A stretch of 64,000 nucleotides of DNA from a virus (lineage: Duplodnaviria; Caudoviricetes): IMG/VR virus record IMGVR_UViG_3300035703_002708; one strand, written 5' to 3'. The notes beneath the pieces are model-generated. The model had not been told where the DNA came from. It did no database searches and saw only the letters and a program-made list of their open reading frames with translations. Each line of letters begins with the position of its first letter. The first letter of the stretch is position 1. Below are positions 1 to 10,968 of this stretch, piece by piece. Both the position numbers and the translations under genes were made by a program.

Positions 1-2
1 CT

Positions 3-299
3 TTTATAGGACAACCAAATCAGAATGTCATCATAAGTAATACATTTTTCAACCCAATCAATATTGAGGTTGAAATTGTTGAAAACGACATATCTACCTT
101 AGCAATTGCATTACTAGGTAATCAAACTAAATCTATGGAAGACGGTATTTACACTATGTATGACTCAGATAACAATATCTTCAGACAATATAATTTATAT
201 GAAGTTAGAGATGAGTTTAATAGTTTGTTATATGAAGTAAGACAAGATAGGGGGGATAATATCGATTACAGTAAAAACTTTACAAATATTACTGAGTAA
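3..299 (+). CDS. 3' end of a probable virion structural protein (5'-truncated by window)
   Basis: Open frame 3..299 (FIGQPNQNVIISNTFF...KNFTNITE*), stop overlaps next ATG (TAATG); not in ORF track. Confidence 0.7.
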   Translation, partial: FIGQPNQNVIISNTFFNPINIEVEIVENDISTLAIALLGNQTKSMEDGIYTMYDSDNNIFRQYNLYEVRDEFNSLLYEVRQDRGDNIDYSKNFTNITE

Positions 300-3277
300 T
301 GGCAAAAAAATATACTTGTCCACCACAACAGGCGACCGCAGATAATACCTTTTCAGACAATCTTGTAGGGTTTCAGATTGTTGGTGGAGGAGGATTGACT
401 CAGGGTAATTTCGACTTTACTGTATCAATAACGGAAAAGTCCAATAGAGATTTTGTTGTAGGTACTTTTTCTGAACCAATAACCTTAGATTCGATGGGTA
501 TGGAATCTATCGAAGAATCTAAGGCAATCATAGAAAAAAACTTCCAAGTTTACCCAAATTTGGATTTAAGTCAAGTAACCAATTTTTCACAGTACGGTTC
601 ATTGGTTAAAAGAATCTCGGTTTCGTTAACAAAAATCATAAATTTTTTTCCCGCATCAATAGACGTTCTATTCAGAAGAAAAAATTATGTAACAGGCTCA
701 ACCGCCACAAATATTTCTTATAACGAAAATAATAATCAAACAACCTTTTCAATTGATGTTACCACAATTTTGAATCCGTTTGGTATAGATTTTTCTTTGA
801 ACTCGACAAGAAATGTGTCTTTATATGAAACACCAGTTTCCCCCTTAAGAGACATGGTAAAAAATGCAAATAGTTATAGTTTATACCTGAGTGGTAATTC
901 ATATGATATTGTTTTTTTAACCCCGACACAAAATTTAACAAGCGGAATTCTCACTTTAGTTGTCAATGGAAACCCTTTTTCAGGTCAATCGATATCCTAC
1001 GATGACTTGAACATAAGACCAAACAATAGTACTTCAGAAAAAGTATTCAACCAAGATTTTGACGAGGTTGAAAAATTTTTATTGAACAGAAAAAGTTTAC
1101 CGTTGTATACCGCATATTTTACAATTGTAAAAGAAGCCAACGATGGTACAACGTTTTTAACTAGTGATTCTGTGACATGGCCTCTATATGGTCCTTGGAA
1201 TTTGGATATTGTTACACCTAGTTTTACAACATATATCGAGAATTTGAACTCTATTGCTGAAAATTTCGACACATTTAGAACTAAATTAATTGTCAGGTTT
1301 TTGACAACAGGAGCATTCAAGGATTTTGATACAAATGACCAAAAAATTACGAAAGTTTTGGAACTATATGGACGTAGTTTCGACCAAGTAAAAAAATTTA
1401 TAGATGCTTTGGCTTTCATGAATTCAGTGAATTATAATATTAAAAATGATATTCCTTCACAATTACTTAAAAATTTATCTCAAACTCTTGGTTGGTCATC
1501 CAATATTTCTCCAATTACAAATGAATCATTTTTAAGTTCCGTTTTCGGAACAAATACACCAAGCCAATTTGCAGGTCAACCAGTTGCACCAACACCTGAC
1601 GAACTCAATTATCAATTCTATAGAAATTTAATATTAAATTCCGCCTTTCTTTTCAAATCAAAAGGTACTAGACAATCTATTCAAAATCTTTTAAGGTTAA
1701 TCGGTGCTCCAGATGCATTAGTAGATTTTAATGAGTACATATATGTTGCCGACCAAAGAATTAACATGAAACAATTCAATCAACAATACGCTCAAATATC
1801 AGGAGGTACTTTTGCGATTGAATTACCAGTGTTAGAACCTGAAAATACATTTAGAGTATTAGGAAGAACCTTTACAGGATTTACATTACAAAGTACAATA
1901 TTGGATGTAGATTTGACAAGAGAAGAATTTCCCGTAGACGATAATGGTTTCCCAAAAGCACCTGAAGATACTGAAGATTTTTTCTTTCAGAAAGGAGCAG
2001 GATGGTTCGAACAAACTCCTCAACATAGGTCAAATGAGGTTTTTGACGCAACATCAAGCACCTTTACAGGACAAAACCCAAATTACCAAACTAAATTAGA
2101 GGATTTCACTTACGGTCAAAAATATTTTGATAGGTTCAGAGATTTTCCATATACTGATTTAGGGTTTTCTTTGACTAGAACAAAAGACAATAAGAAAAGT
2201 TGGGTGGACGTAGAAACAGGATTGAGAAGAAATGTTGACGGTAATAATTCATTTTATTTTGTTGATGATGAAAGACTTGTTTTGAATGCTAAAAATGTTG
2301 AAGTTTTTTTGAATCCAGGTCAAGCATTGACATATGATGTTTGGTATTTGTCTCAAAATTATGATTACCCAATTCCTGCAACAGGGTATACTATAAGTGG
2401 AAATTGTTACTGCCCAACATACTTAAATCCAACAATATTGGATAAAACATTAATCGACCCGAATCCTATTTCTAAGACATTTTTTGAATTTGCACAAACC
2501 TTTTGGCAGAATATGATTAATGTAAGAGACAGACAATATATAACCAACGGAAAAACAGGAGGATACCCTACATTAGAATCGGTTTATTGGAAGTATTTGA
2601 AATCTATAAATTTCGATGAAATACCTGATAGTTTATTCACATATCAAAAAATGATAAATTACGTAAAAGGTATTGGTGATTATTGGATTAGATTGGTCGA
2701 ACAAATGGTCCCCGCAACTACAATTTGGAACGCAGGTACTAGATTTGAAAATTCTGCATTCCACAGACAAAAGTTTGTTTGGAGAAGACAAAGGGGTTGT
2801 CAAATTGTGCCTGTTCCTTGTAATCCGTGTACTTTGGTTGGTCCAATTCTTACATATGATTGTCAACAAGCTTCGACGATTTGTGATATCTATCCTTGGA
2901 CATCTAATCCTAATATATCAAATAATTTTGGAGAAGTATTAAACTATGTAATATCTGAATATACAAATAATCCTCTTTGTGATGTAAATACCATAACAAG
3001 TAATTGGTATGTAAACATAAGTTTAGGTGGTGCTCAAATTATTAATTATAAATTTTTCGAAGGAGTGGGATTAGATTTATTCGAAGATAGTTATCCTACA
3101 CCAAACGAATGGTTAACTGCATTAGAATCACAATTAGATAATTTATTCAGTTACGGTTTAGGATACGAAATATCAGGGAATCAAGTAACAATATTTACTG
3201 TTACTTGTGATAGTCTAAATTTAAATTCAGAGTTCCAAATAAATGTCGGAATAGATTTTTCAATTAATTGTTTTTAA
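299..3277 (+). CDS. Large virion protein, probable baseplate wedge/tail component
   Basis: 992 aa; segment LFKSKGTRQSIQNLLRLIG resembles the KGT-x-x-(S/A)I motif of myovirus baseplate wedge proteins; sits in structural operon. Confidence 0.55.
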   Translation: MAKKYTCPPQQATADNTFSDNLVGFQIVGGGGLTQGNFDFTVSITEKSNRDFVVGTFSEPITLDSMGMESIEESKAIIEKNFQVYPNLDLSQVTNFSQYGSLVKRISVSLTKIINFFPASIDVLFRRKNYVTGSTATNISYNENNNQTTFSIDVTTILNPFGIDFSLNSTRNVSLYETPVSPLRDMVKNANSYSLYLSGNSYDIVFLTPTQNLTSGILTLVVNGNPFSGQSISYDDLNIRPNNSTSEKVFNQDFDEVEKFLLNRKSLPLYTAYFTIVKEANDGTTFLTSDSVTWPLYGPWNLDIVTPSFTTYIENLNSIAENFDTFRTKLIVRFLTTGAFKDFDTNDQKITKVLELYGRSFDQVKKFIDALAFMNSVNYNIKNDIPSQLLKNLSQTLGWSSNISPITNESFLSSVFGTNTPSQFAGQPVAPTPDELNYQFYRNLILNSAFLFKSKGTRQSIQNLLRLIGAPDALVDFNEYIYVADQRINMKQFNQQYAQISGGTFAIELPVLEPENTFRVLGRTFTGFTLQSTILDVDLTREEFPVDDNGFPKAPEDTEDFFFQKGAGWFEQTPQHRSNEVFDATSSTFTGQNPNYQTKLEDFTYGQKYFDRFRDFPYTDLGFSLTRTKDNKKSWVDVETGLRRNVDGNNSFYFVDDERLVLNAKNVEVFLNPGQALTYDVWYLSQNYDYPIPATGYTISGNCYCPTYLNPTILDKTLIDPNPISKTFFEFAQTFWQNMINVRDRQYITNGKTGGYPTLESVYWKYLKSINFDEIPDSLFTYQKMINYVKGIGDYWIRLVEQMVPATTIWNAGTRFENSAFHRQKFVWRRQRGCQIVPVPCNPCTLVGPILTYDCQQASTICDIYPWTSNPNISNNFGEVLNYVISEYTNNPLCDVNTITSNWYVNISLGGAQIINYKFFEGVGLDLFEDSYPTPNEWLTALESQLDNLFSYGLGYEISGNQVTIFTVTCDSLNLNSEFQINVGIDFSINCF

Positions 3278-3280
3278 TAA

Positions 3281-5581
3281 ATGTCTTGTCAATATAATTT
3301 TAGTCAATTTTCAGTAACAGGAGACTGTGAAAATAATAGTTCTGGAGGTTTTACGCTTTACTTATCCTCAACCTCGGAACCGATGAGTATTACTTGGTTG
3401 TTGCCAAATCCATGGCCACCCGGCATTGGAGGACCTCAAGTCGAGACCCCAATTTATAATGGAACTTACACTTATTTAGGAATTCCTGCAGGAACATATG
3501 TTTTTACTGTAAATGATAGTTGCGGAAGTCCTACCGCCACCACTGAAAATAATAGAGAAACTATAAGTATTACTATATCATCAGGTTCGTCATGCGTCAA
3601 TATAACAGATGTTGTAAATACCACTTGCGGTAATTCTGATGGTTCTTTATTGGCAACTGTTCAGAATACAAATGGTGCTGTTAATATCAAACTATATTTG
3701 GAGGATAATGATGGTAGAGTAGTCCCATTACCACAACCACCAGGTCAAGAAGATATTACGTTTATTAGGGAAGTTGAAATAGACAATGACAATTATTTAT
3801 TTGATAATCTTCCGTATGGAAAATATTATGTTATTGCTGATGATGGAGGAGGTTGTACAGGAAGAAGTGAAAGTGTCATAATATTACCATCGGTAGGTGT
3901 TAATTTCGGGACATATATTGTTAATGATGCGGACTGTGGTAATGTAGAAACAGGTGTTGGTAAGATTTTTATAACAGGTTTGACAGGCACTGGGCCCTAC
4001 ACTTATAGATGGGAAGGTGTTGGTACTACATTAGATTATTTGGTTAACACTGAACAACCACTTACAGGTACATCAATAACAGGATTAACCGCCGGTTTTT
4101 ATCAGGCTACAGTCACGGACTCGAATGGTTGTAGTTTTTCTGTGATATCACAAGTTATCGAAAAACTTCCTGTAAGTTTAGGCAGCGTTTCAACATCACC
4201 ACCCACATGTTTTGATAGTAACGGGAAAATAACAGTACAAGTACTTAATGGTACTCCACCATATAGATTTAGTATCCCATCTATTTCATTTACAGATATA
4301 AGTTATTCTCAAACATACGTTTTCAGTGGTTTACCCGGGGGTAACTACACTATAGTAATAACCGATGCGGCTCTCTGCAGTGTTTCAACAACGACACAAA
4401 TAAATCAATCCAATAGCTTTGCTTTGGGGCCGGTGACTATTATCCCACCAACTTGCGGAAATTCAAATGGTTCCATTTCGATAGGACTCGTTGGTAACAC
4501 AAATTCAAGTAGTTATTTATATTCTTTGAGTGGTGCTAATGGAGTAACTTTTTCGAGTGTAACATCAACTAACAACACATTTTCTAATTTATTACCTCAG
4601 AATTATTTTCTTACAATTACCGACAATATTTGTACCTATACTCAGTTAATAAACTTATCGTCCAATTCACTTTTTACCATATCAACACAAACTTCGGGTG
4701 CAACATGTGGTAATAATAACGGGAGTGTTACCATAACTAAATCAACAGGTGGTACAAGTACCTTTTCATATTGGATAGAGGATGTTGATGGGAATAACGA
4801 CCAAACATTGGACAACACACCACTGAGTTCTTGTACATTTTACAATTTGGCGCCTGGAAGTTATATTGCTTACGTAAGTGACAAAAATAGATGTCAAGAA
4901 CAAACCTTCTTTGAAATAAGTAACAGTGAACCTGTAAATTTTATTTTGATACCAACGGATTCCACAAATGGGTCAAACGGACAAATAATTGCAAATATCT
5001 ATCAAGGAACACCTCCTTTTACTTTGACATGGTCATCTAATGTCAATGGACAAACAGGTACAACTGTAACTAATTTATCTGCCGGTACCTATAGTCTCAT
5101 AGTGCAAGACAGTGCAGGTTGCGTTCAGTCCAATACGGTTACACTGTCAGGTACTTATAATGCAACAAATTTCTCATTGTTTAATGTATGTAATAGCGTG
5201 ATAAGTTCTACCGGACAATTTACAGAAAGAAGTTTATCAAAGATGTTAGTTGAGGGTTACATAGATTTGACTAGTGGATGTACAAATTGTCTTATGAATT
5301 CGGCAATATTTTCAGCGGTTACAACAGTTGCAGGAACTGGTTTTAGTCAGTCTTTCTATACCGCAACAACGTTAAACGATGTTCCTTCAGAATCAAATTG
5401 GGCGACAACTGTTCAGAATCTTCTTAGTGGTATAACAGGTGTAGGTACCGTTACAGTTAATACTACAGAAAACACAATTACATTAGACACTTCTTGTGAG
5501 GAAAGTACAAACGCATTGGCCAATCAAAATATTACCGTCGAACTTAAAATTGTTTATGACATAGATTGTGAAAGTTGTTAA
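3281..5581 (+). CDS. SprB-repeat, Cys/Thr-rich putative tail fibre/adhesin
   Basis: Several units of the form TC..xxG.I.v...gGTpPY.y.w....f.nL.aG.Y...vTD.ngC, matching SprB repeats by eye. Confidence 0.65.
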   Translation: MSCQYNFSQFSVTGDCENNSSGGFTLYLSSTSEPMSITWLLPNPWPPGIGGPQVETPIYNGTYTYLGIPAGTYVFTVNDSCGSPTATTENNRETISITISSGSSCVNITDVVNTTCGNSDGSLLATVQNTNGAVNIKLYLEDNDGRVVPLPQPPGQEDITFIREVEIDNDNYLFDNLPYGKYYVIADDGGGCTGRSESVIILPSVGVNFGTYIVNDADCGNVETGVGKIFITGLTGTGPYTYRWEGVGTTLDYLVNTEQPLTGTSITGLTAGFYQATVTDSNGCSFSVISQVIEKLPVSLGSVSTSPPTCFDSNGKITVQVLNGTPPYRFSIPSISFTDISYSQTYVFSGLPGGNYTIVITDAALCSVSTTTQINQSNSFALGPVTIIPPTCGNSNGSISIGLVGNTNSSSYLYSLSGANGVTFSSVTSTNNTFSNLLPQNYFLTITDNICTYTQLINLSSNSLFTISTQTSGATCGNNNGSVTITKSTGGTSTFSYWIEDVDGNNDQTLDNTPLSSCTFYNLAPGSYIAYVSDKNRCQEQTFFEISNSEPVNFILIPTDSTNGSNGQIIANIYQGTPPFTLTWSSNVNGQTGTTVTNLSAGTYSLIVQDSAGCVQSNTVTLSGTYNATNFSLFNVCNSVISSTGQFTERSLSKMLVEGYIDLTSGCTNCLMNSAIFSAVTTVAGTGFSQSFYTATTLNDVPSESNWATTVQNLLSGITGVGTVTVNTTENTITLDTSCEESTNALANQNITVELKIVYDIDCESC

Positions 5582-6325
5582 ATGATGCAAAATATTATAA
5601 TATCATCTATAACAGGTTTAACACCACCCTATGAAATTTATGTTTGTGATTTCTTAGGTAATAATTGTCAATTAGTAGAAATAATCACATATAGTGTCCC
5701 CCCAATTGAAGTAATATCTTTACCTGATTATTTTAGTGGTGCCCCTGCAGTCTCATTGAAAATTGTGGAAACAAACGTACCCTGTGAAAAAAATATACCA
5801 GTTGTTTGTTCCTATTTCGGTAATGTGTTATTCACATTTTGTAAATGTAGTGATTTATCACAATGTATTTACACCGAAACAAATCCATTTTTGGTTTTTG
5901 GACAAGTTGTATCTTTGAACGAATATCCTGAATGTTGGCAATTTTCAGGATACCAATTTACAAATCAAACAGGAGAAGTTTTAACAGTAAACGGACTACC
6001 TTTTAATTCATGTCAAGAATGTTATGATGTTGTTGCCCCCTCTTATTTTAGTGCCTGTTGCTCAAACTACACTTTTAATTTTGATGAAACATTTCAGTCA
6101 ACATTCGAACCTAATAAAAGTTGGTATGTAAATATCCCTCCATCTGTTAGTGGTACGGGGACAGGATATACAGGTTGTACAGTTGTTATAAGTAACTATA
6201 TAACTCCTGACCAAACTTATGTACAAGCAGATTGGAACAACATTACGAATACCAATAATTCACCTGTTTTTCCTAATCCACCGATGTTTGATTGCAATGA
6301 TTGTACTGAAGTAATATCTTGTTAA
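5582..6325 (+). CDS. Cys-rich virion-associated protein
   Basis: 247 aa, many Cys (CQEC, CNDC, CC); N-terminal domain similar to ORF 12416-12652. Confidence 0.55.
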   Translation: MMQNIIISSITGLTPPYEIYVCDFLGNNCQLVEIITYSVPPIEVISLPDYFSGAPAVSLKIVETNVPCEKNIPVVCSYFGNVLFTFCKCSDLSQCIYTETNPFLVFGQVVSLNEYPECWQFSGYQFTNQTGEVLTVNGLPFNSCQECYDVVAPSYFSACCSNYTFNFDETFQSTFEPNKSWYVNIPPSVSGTGTGYTGCTVVISNYITPDQTYVQADWNNITNTNNSPVFPNPPMFDCNDCTEVISC

Positions 6326-6393
6326 TTATAAATCATTAATCTTAGTATTTATAACTGAAAACTTGAATTTATTTTTTTACAATAATATTATAA

Positions 6394-8037
6394 ATGGCAA
6401 CTTCATATTTAAAATCCTGTTGTGACAATAGTGTTACATACACACTGACCGGTTTAGGGTCCGCTTTGTCAATCGGCAGCATCTATCATGTAGTAATACC
6501 TAATTATTTTTCGGGTTGTTCTACAGTAATCACATCCTCACAACTTCAACCAGGTTCACCATCCTATCCATCTTCTACTGCGGTTCTCACAGGTCCATAT
6601 GTAAATTGTTCAACTTGTACTTCAGCATATACATGCAATAGAATAACCGCAACAAGTGAATGTGATGTTATAACAATCGCTCCAATGTCTGTTCAATGTT
6701 CTCCTAATATAACTGCAGGCACAATAACAATGATTGTCACAGGAGGAACTCCTCCATACAAAATAAAATGGTCAACTGGACTTTTAGGGCCCACTCTATC
6801 AAATGCTGAGTACGGTGTTGCTTATGGTGTAACCGTAACTGATTATAGTTGGCCTGATGGAGGGCCGGATTATACTGCGGTTACAACTTGTTTCCTAGCA
6901 TTACCGACCTCAACACCAACACCAACACCAACTATAACGCCTTCACCTCCTCCTAATAATACAACAAATTTATGTCTTCAAGTAACTATAGGAAATAGAA
7001 CTTACACCTACAATTTCACCCCTTCCAATACAAGAATAAATAATAAATTTACATGGATTTACGGTCCATATGTTCTCTCATGGCAAACTTCACAAGGAAC
7101 ATCCTTTTGGCAAGTTCAAATGCCGATTGGAGATGGTGTAAATCCTATTATCTTAAGAAATTCATCAAATACCTCAGTTCCTTTAGGGTCATTTATTGCT
7201 TTTGGAAGTCCTGGTACTACAGCAGTCATGACAAATGGGGTTTGCGGTAACCCAATTATGACCTTACAAAATGCTACAATTACTCCACCAACTTGTCAAT
7301 CAACGCCATTAACAGGTTCTATTTATGTTAATATATTGAACGGTCAACCACCTGTCACATACTCCAAAGACGGTGGATTAACATCACAATCAAGTCCATT
7401 ATTTTCTAATTTACCGGCAGGAAGTTATACAATAACGGTACAAGATGGTAACTCAACTACATTACAACAACAGGTTACAATACCTCAACCTCCGGCAACC
7501 AACACATACACTTTAGATGTGGAAACTAACATAGTTCCTCAAAATCCTGGAAACAGTTTATTGAATTTTACTGTAAAAGTGAGGGACGTAAATGGAAACT
7601 TAGTCACAACACTTCCTACAAACACAATAATATCATTCAACATACAGGCTGAAAATATACTACAGACAACTGTGTTAGGGGGAGGTAACGTTATATCAAA
7701 TGTACAAATAAAAAAGAATAATATTACACAATCTATAAGTCCGATAACCAGCACGACAAACAGTGCAAATGCAGTATCTACGTGTCCACCTGCTCAAAGT
7801 ACTCTATACAGTACAGGTAATATAAAACAATATAATGGATTAACCATCTCAGGTAGTGATTCTATAACTGGAACTATTCAGGTCCAAGTAACCAAAACTG
7901 CGGTAGGTAATGTCTGTATCTTGAAATCCTTGGACACAGTCAGATTGATTAATAAACAAATTACAGGTTGTAGTTGTTGTAACATAAGTAATACATCATC
8001 AACATCTACACAGATGCAAACTAACGCGGTTAAATAA
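6394..8037 (+). CDS. Cys-rich SprB-repeat adhesin/fibre with Pro-Thr linker
   Basis: GGTPPYKIKW and FSNLPAGSYTITVQD SprB-like units; PTPTPTPT linker; TATTTAT motif at 6346. Confidence 0.55.
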   Translation: MATSYLKSCCDNSVTYTLTGLGSALSIGSIYHVVIPNYFSGCSTVITSSQLQPGSPSYPSSTAVLTGPYVNCSTCTSAYTCNRITATSECDVITIAPMSVQCSPNITAGTITMIVTGGTPPYKIKWSTGLLGPTLSNAEYGVAYGVTVTDYSWPDGGPDYTAVTTCFLALPTSTPTPTPTITPSPPPNNTTNLCLQVTIGNRTYTYNFTPSNTRINNKFTWIYGPYVLSWQTSQGTSFWQVQMPIGDGVNPIILRNSSNTSVPLGSFIAFGSPGTTAVMTNGVCGNPIMTLQNATITPPTCQSTPLTGSIYVNILNGQPPVTYSKDGGLTSQSSPLFSNLPAGSYTITVQDGNSTTLQQQVTIPQPPATNTYTLDVETNIVPQNPGNSLLNFTVKVRDVNGNLVTTLPTNTIISFNIQAENILQTTVLGGGNVISNVQIKKNNITQSISPITSTTNSANAVSTCPPAQSTLYSTGNIKQYNGLTISGSDSITGTIQVQVTKTAVGNVCILKSLDTVRLINKQITGCSCCNISNTSSTSTQMQTNAVK

Positions 8038-8061
8038 AATAAATTAAGATATTTATTATCG

Positions 8062-10317
8062 ATGGCATACATACTCAAAAATACTTCGGGCTTAATCAAT
8101 ACAAGAATTACTGACACAGGCAGAGAAAAAATGTCTCAAGGGAGTTTCAATATAAGTTATTTCCAAATAGGAGATAGTGAAATTTCTTACAATGTAATAT
8201 CAAATTTTGACCAAACTAATACTGTAATACTTGAACCCTCGTTTAACTCCGCAAACAGCGCACCAGTACCTTCGGCAAACGTTCAAAACATAAAGTACCC
8301 TTATTATGTTGACGGAAATGCCGGTTCTACTTATGGAATCCCATTTATGGATTCAGTGGTGTCAAATGTATATAATGTCGCACCAATGAGAGGTTTTTTC
8401 AGTGCCAATACATCAACACTACCAACTAATTGGTATGTTAGAACGGGTAGTGAATATGTTAAAACACCAAATTACGTTGCTGATTTAGGTTTTTTTGGAT
8501 TTAATCAGAATACTATAACACTTACAGAGGACACATGCAATACTGCAACAACATATACATTTTCAGCCGGAGATTTTATTACAATATATTATCAAACTGA
8601 CACCAATTGTAGTTGTACGTATACACCAGTTTCAGGAAATTGTGCCCCACCATATTACCCATATAATCCTTGTCCACCAACACCACCTACAGATAGAAAC
8701 TGTTTACTATCATTCCAAAGTTGTAATCCAATATTAACCTACAGAATTGTGGATGTTGCGGGTAATACATTAACATTGGATAGACCTGTTGTCGATTATA
8801 TACACATAGGTACAAGTGGTAATGTACGAGTAATGGTATATCCTTCAGGGATGACAAACTTCTATGATAGTTCAACACCTGAAGAACATTGGAATCAAGA
8901 TGTGTTAAATTTTCAATCTGCATGCGATATCGATTTATTTAATGTTAATGTTTGGAATATGAACATTCCTTGGAGTGAATCACCAGCCGGTTTAAACGGT
9001 TCGGTTTATAAGGATTACACAAACTTTGGTTCTGTTAACTATTTGGGAAGTAAGGAATATTTTGGTTATAGCAGTAGTACTGGTCAAACTGATAGTAGTT
9101 CTGTATATTATTATAATTCTTTAGGTGACCAAATAACTGTGACCGGAACTGAACAAAAGGCTATAGCGATAATTCATTATACAAATAACACAATAGATTT
9201 TGTTTATGGTGAAAAATTTGCCTTAGAACCATATGACCCTGAAAATACAACAAATACGGTTGGTATGGCTCGTAATTTTAGATTACATATACCCACTTTA
9301 CAATGGCATAAGTCTAGTGGGGAATGTTGTTCAGGACAAACATTTTATGTTGACCCTGCAGGTTTCGATGGACAAAATCTATTCGAAGAACATTACCTGA
9401 CCTCTAACCTCAATAACGATATGAATATACCTGGACACAGGTACTATCATTTGTGGGACACATATGCAAATCCTGACGGTAATCCAAGTAGAATAGGTAA
9501 GGTATTTCCTGATTTACATATAATAGTGATTGATGATGAAGAAATAATTGCCGCTTTATCATACAAATCAAATAGAAATTGGACATTACCGGCACCGAGA
9601 GTTGCGACTATAACACCAGATGGTGCCGAAACAGGTGTTCTAACAAATCAGAATGAATATATGTATATTACATATAGATTTTCAACCACTCTACCCTTCA
9701 CAAATTCATTACATTGTAATTACTATCAAAAGTTACAAGGTCCAAACCCAACATGTAATTCAGTTACTCAAAACGTTTCATTAACTTTTGGTAATGAGTT
9801 TGGTTGTTTACCTGACACTTCATATTATAGTGTATTCCAAATAATCTGTCAAAAAGTAAGCGGCGACACAAGACCTGACCCCAATGGTTGGAAAATAATA
9901 GATGTGACTTCACAGTTACCTTCCTCAACAATAAATCAAACGAATTTAACCGCAACAACTTTTGTGATAACTGATACTTTGTATAGTTCAGCACCGACTT
10001 ACAACTTGGGTAATTACATTAGTTTAACAACAGTTGGTACCACTGGAAATACTTTGAATTTCGGAGATGAATATTTCTTTTATGGTAACATAGAAACAGA
10101 AATTCAGGCGACCATATACGAAATGAGATATCTTTGTAACCTGAGTCAGAATGAGTTTACATATACTTCCAATCCAACATGGTCTGCCGGGACCACTTCA
10201 TACATAACTGAAATAGGTCTACTTGACTCAAACCGAAATTTGATGGCAATATCTAAATTACAATCACCAATTCAAAGACAAAGTATTCAACAATTCCTTG
10301 TCAAACTTGATTTCTAA
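8062..10317 (+). CDS. Virion structural (tail/baseplate-associated) protein
   Basis: 751 aa; N-term LTDTGREKM..G.FNISYFQIGDSE and C-term YITEIGLLD...LMAISKL.SPI patterns I associate with phage tail proteins; TATTTAT at 8050. Confidence 0.55.
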   Translation: MAYILKNTSGLINTRITDTGREKMSQGSFNISYFQIGDSEISYNVISNFDQTNTVILEPSFNSANSAPVPSANVQNIKYPYYVDGNAGSTYGIPFMDSVVSNVYNVAPMRGFFSANTSTLPTNWYVRTGSEYVKTPNYVADLGFFGFNQNTITLTEDTCNTATTYTFSAGDFITIYYQTDTNCSCTYTPVSGNCAPPYYPYNPCPPTPPTDRNCLLSFQSCNPILTYRIVDVAGNTLTLDRPVVDYIHIGTSGNVRVMVYPSGMTNFYDSSTPEEHWNQDVLNFQSACDIDLFNVNVWNMNIPWSESPAGLNGSVYKDYTNFGSVNYLGSKEYFGYSSSTGQTDSSSVYYYNSLGDQITVTGTEQKAIAIIHYTNNTIDFVYGEKFALEPYDPENTTNTVGMARNFRLHIPTLQWHKSSGECCSGQTFYVDPAGFDGQNLFEEHYLTSNLNNDMNIPGHRYYHLWDTYANPDGNPSRIGKVFPDLHIIVIDDEEIIAALSYKSNRNWTLPAPRVATITPDGAETGVLTNQNEYMYITYRFSTTLPFTNSLHCNYYQKLQGPNPTCNSVTQNVSLTFGNEFGCLPDTSYYSVFQIICQKVSGDTRPDPNGWKIIDVTSQLPSSTINQTNLTATTFVITDTLYSSAPTYNLGNYISLTTVGTTGNTLNFGDEYFFYGNIETEIQATIYEMRYLCNLSQNEFTYTSNPTWSAGTTSYITEIGLLDSNRNLMAISKLQSPIQRQSIQQFLVKLDF

Positions 10318-10362
10318 CCAAAATATTTACAATTAGATTGTTTATATTACCATAGTTAATAT

Positions 10363-10968
10363 ATGGCAAAACAACAAATTAAAAATAATCCAAAAGTATT
10401 AGGTTTGGATGTGAGTACCAAAACAATAGGTTGGGCTTTATTTGATATGATGACCGAAGAGTTATTAGAACTTACTCATATATCTCCTGTGGCAAAACTT
10501 AAAGAAGAAAATAAAATTAAGGAGCTTTTTTTGAAAGCTGAAATTTTTAAACAAAAATTAGTTCAGTACAAGAATTTAGGAATTACCAAAGTTATAATCG
10601 AAGAACCTTTATTGAACTCAAATAACGTATATACAATTCAAACCTTACTTAGGTTTAACACACTAATATCGAAAGAAATTTATGATGTTTTAGGTATAGT
10701 ACCTGAGTATATATCAACCTATAACTCAAGAAAGTTCGCTTTTCCTGAGTTGGTTAAAGAAAATGACAAGAAAAAATTTGTATTATTTGGTGGTCTACCT
10801 AAAGACATTGACAAAAAAATGATAATTTGGGATTTGGTTGCTAAAAGAGAGCCTCAAATTAAATGGCAATATACTAAAAACCAAACACTCAAAAAGGAAA
10901 ATTTTGATATGTCAGATGCATATACCTGTTGTTTAGGGTATATGAAACAAGAAGAACTTTGGAAATAA
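10363..10968 (+). CDS. RuvC-like Holliday junction resolvase
   Basis: LGLDVSTKTIGWA, IIEEP and DMSDAY acidic motifs typical of the RuvC fold. Confidence 0.75.
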   Translation: MAKQQIKNNPKVLGLDVSTKTIGWALFDMMTEELLELTHISPVAKLKEENKIKELFLKAEIFKQKLVQYKNLGITKVIIEEPLLNSNNVYTIQTLLRFNTLISKEIYDVLGIVPEYISTYNSRKFAFPELVKENDKKKFVLFGGLPKDIDKKMIIWDLVAKREPQIKWQYTKNQTLKKENFDMSDAYTCCLGYMKQEELWK

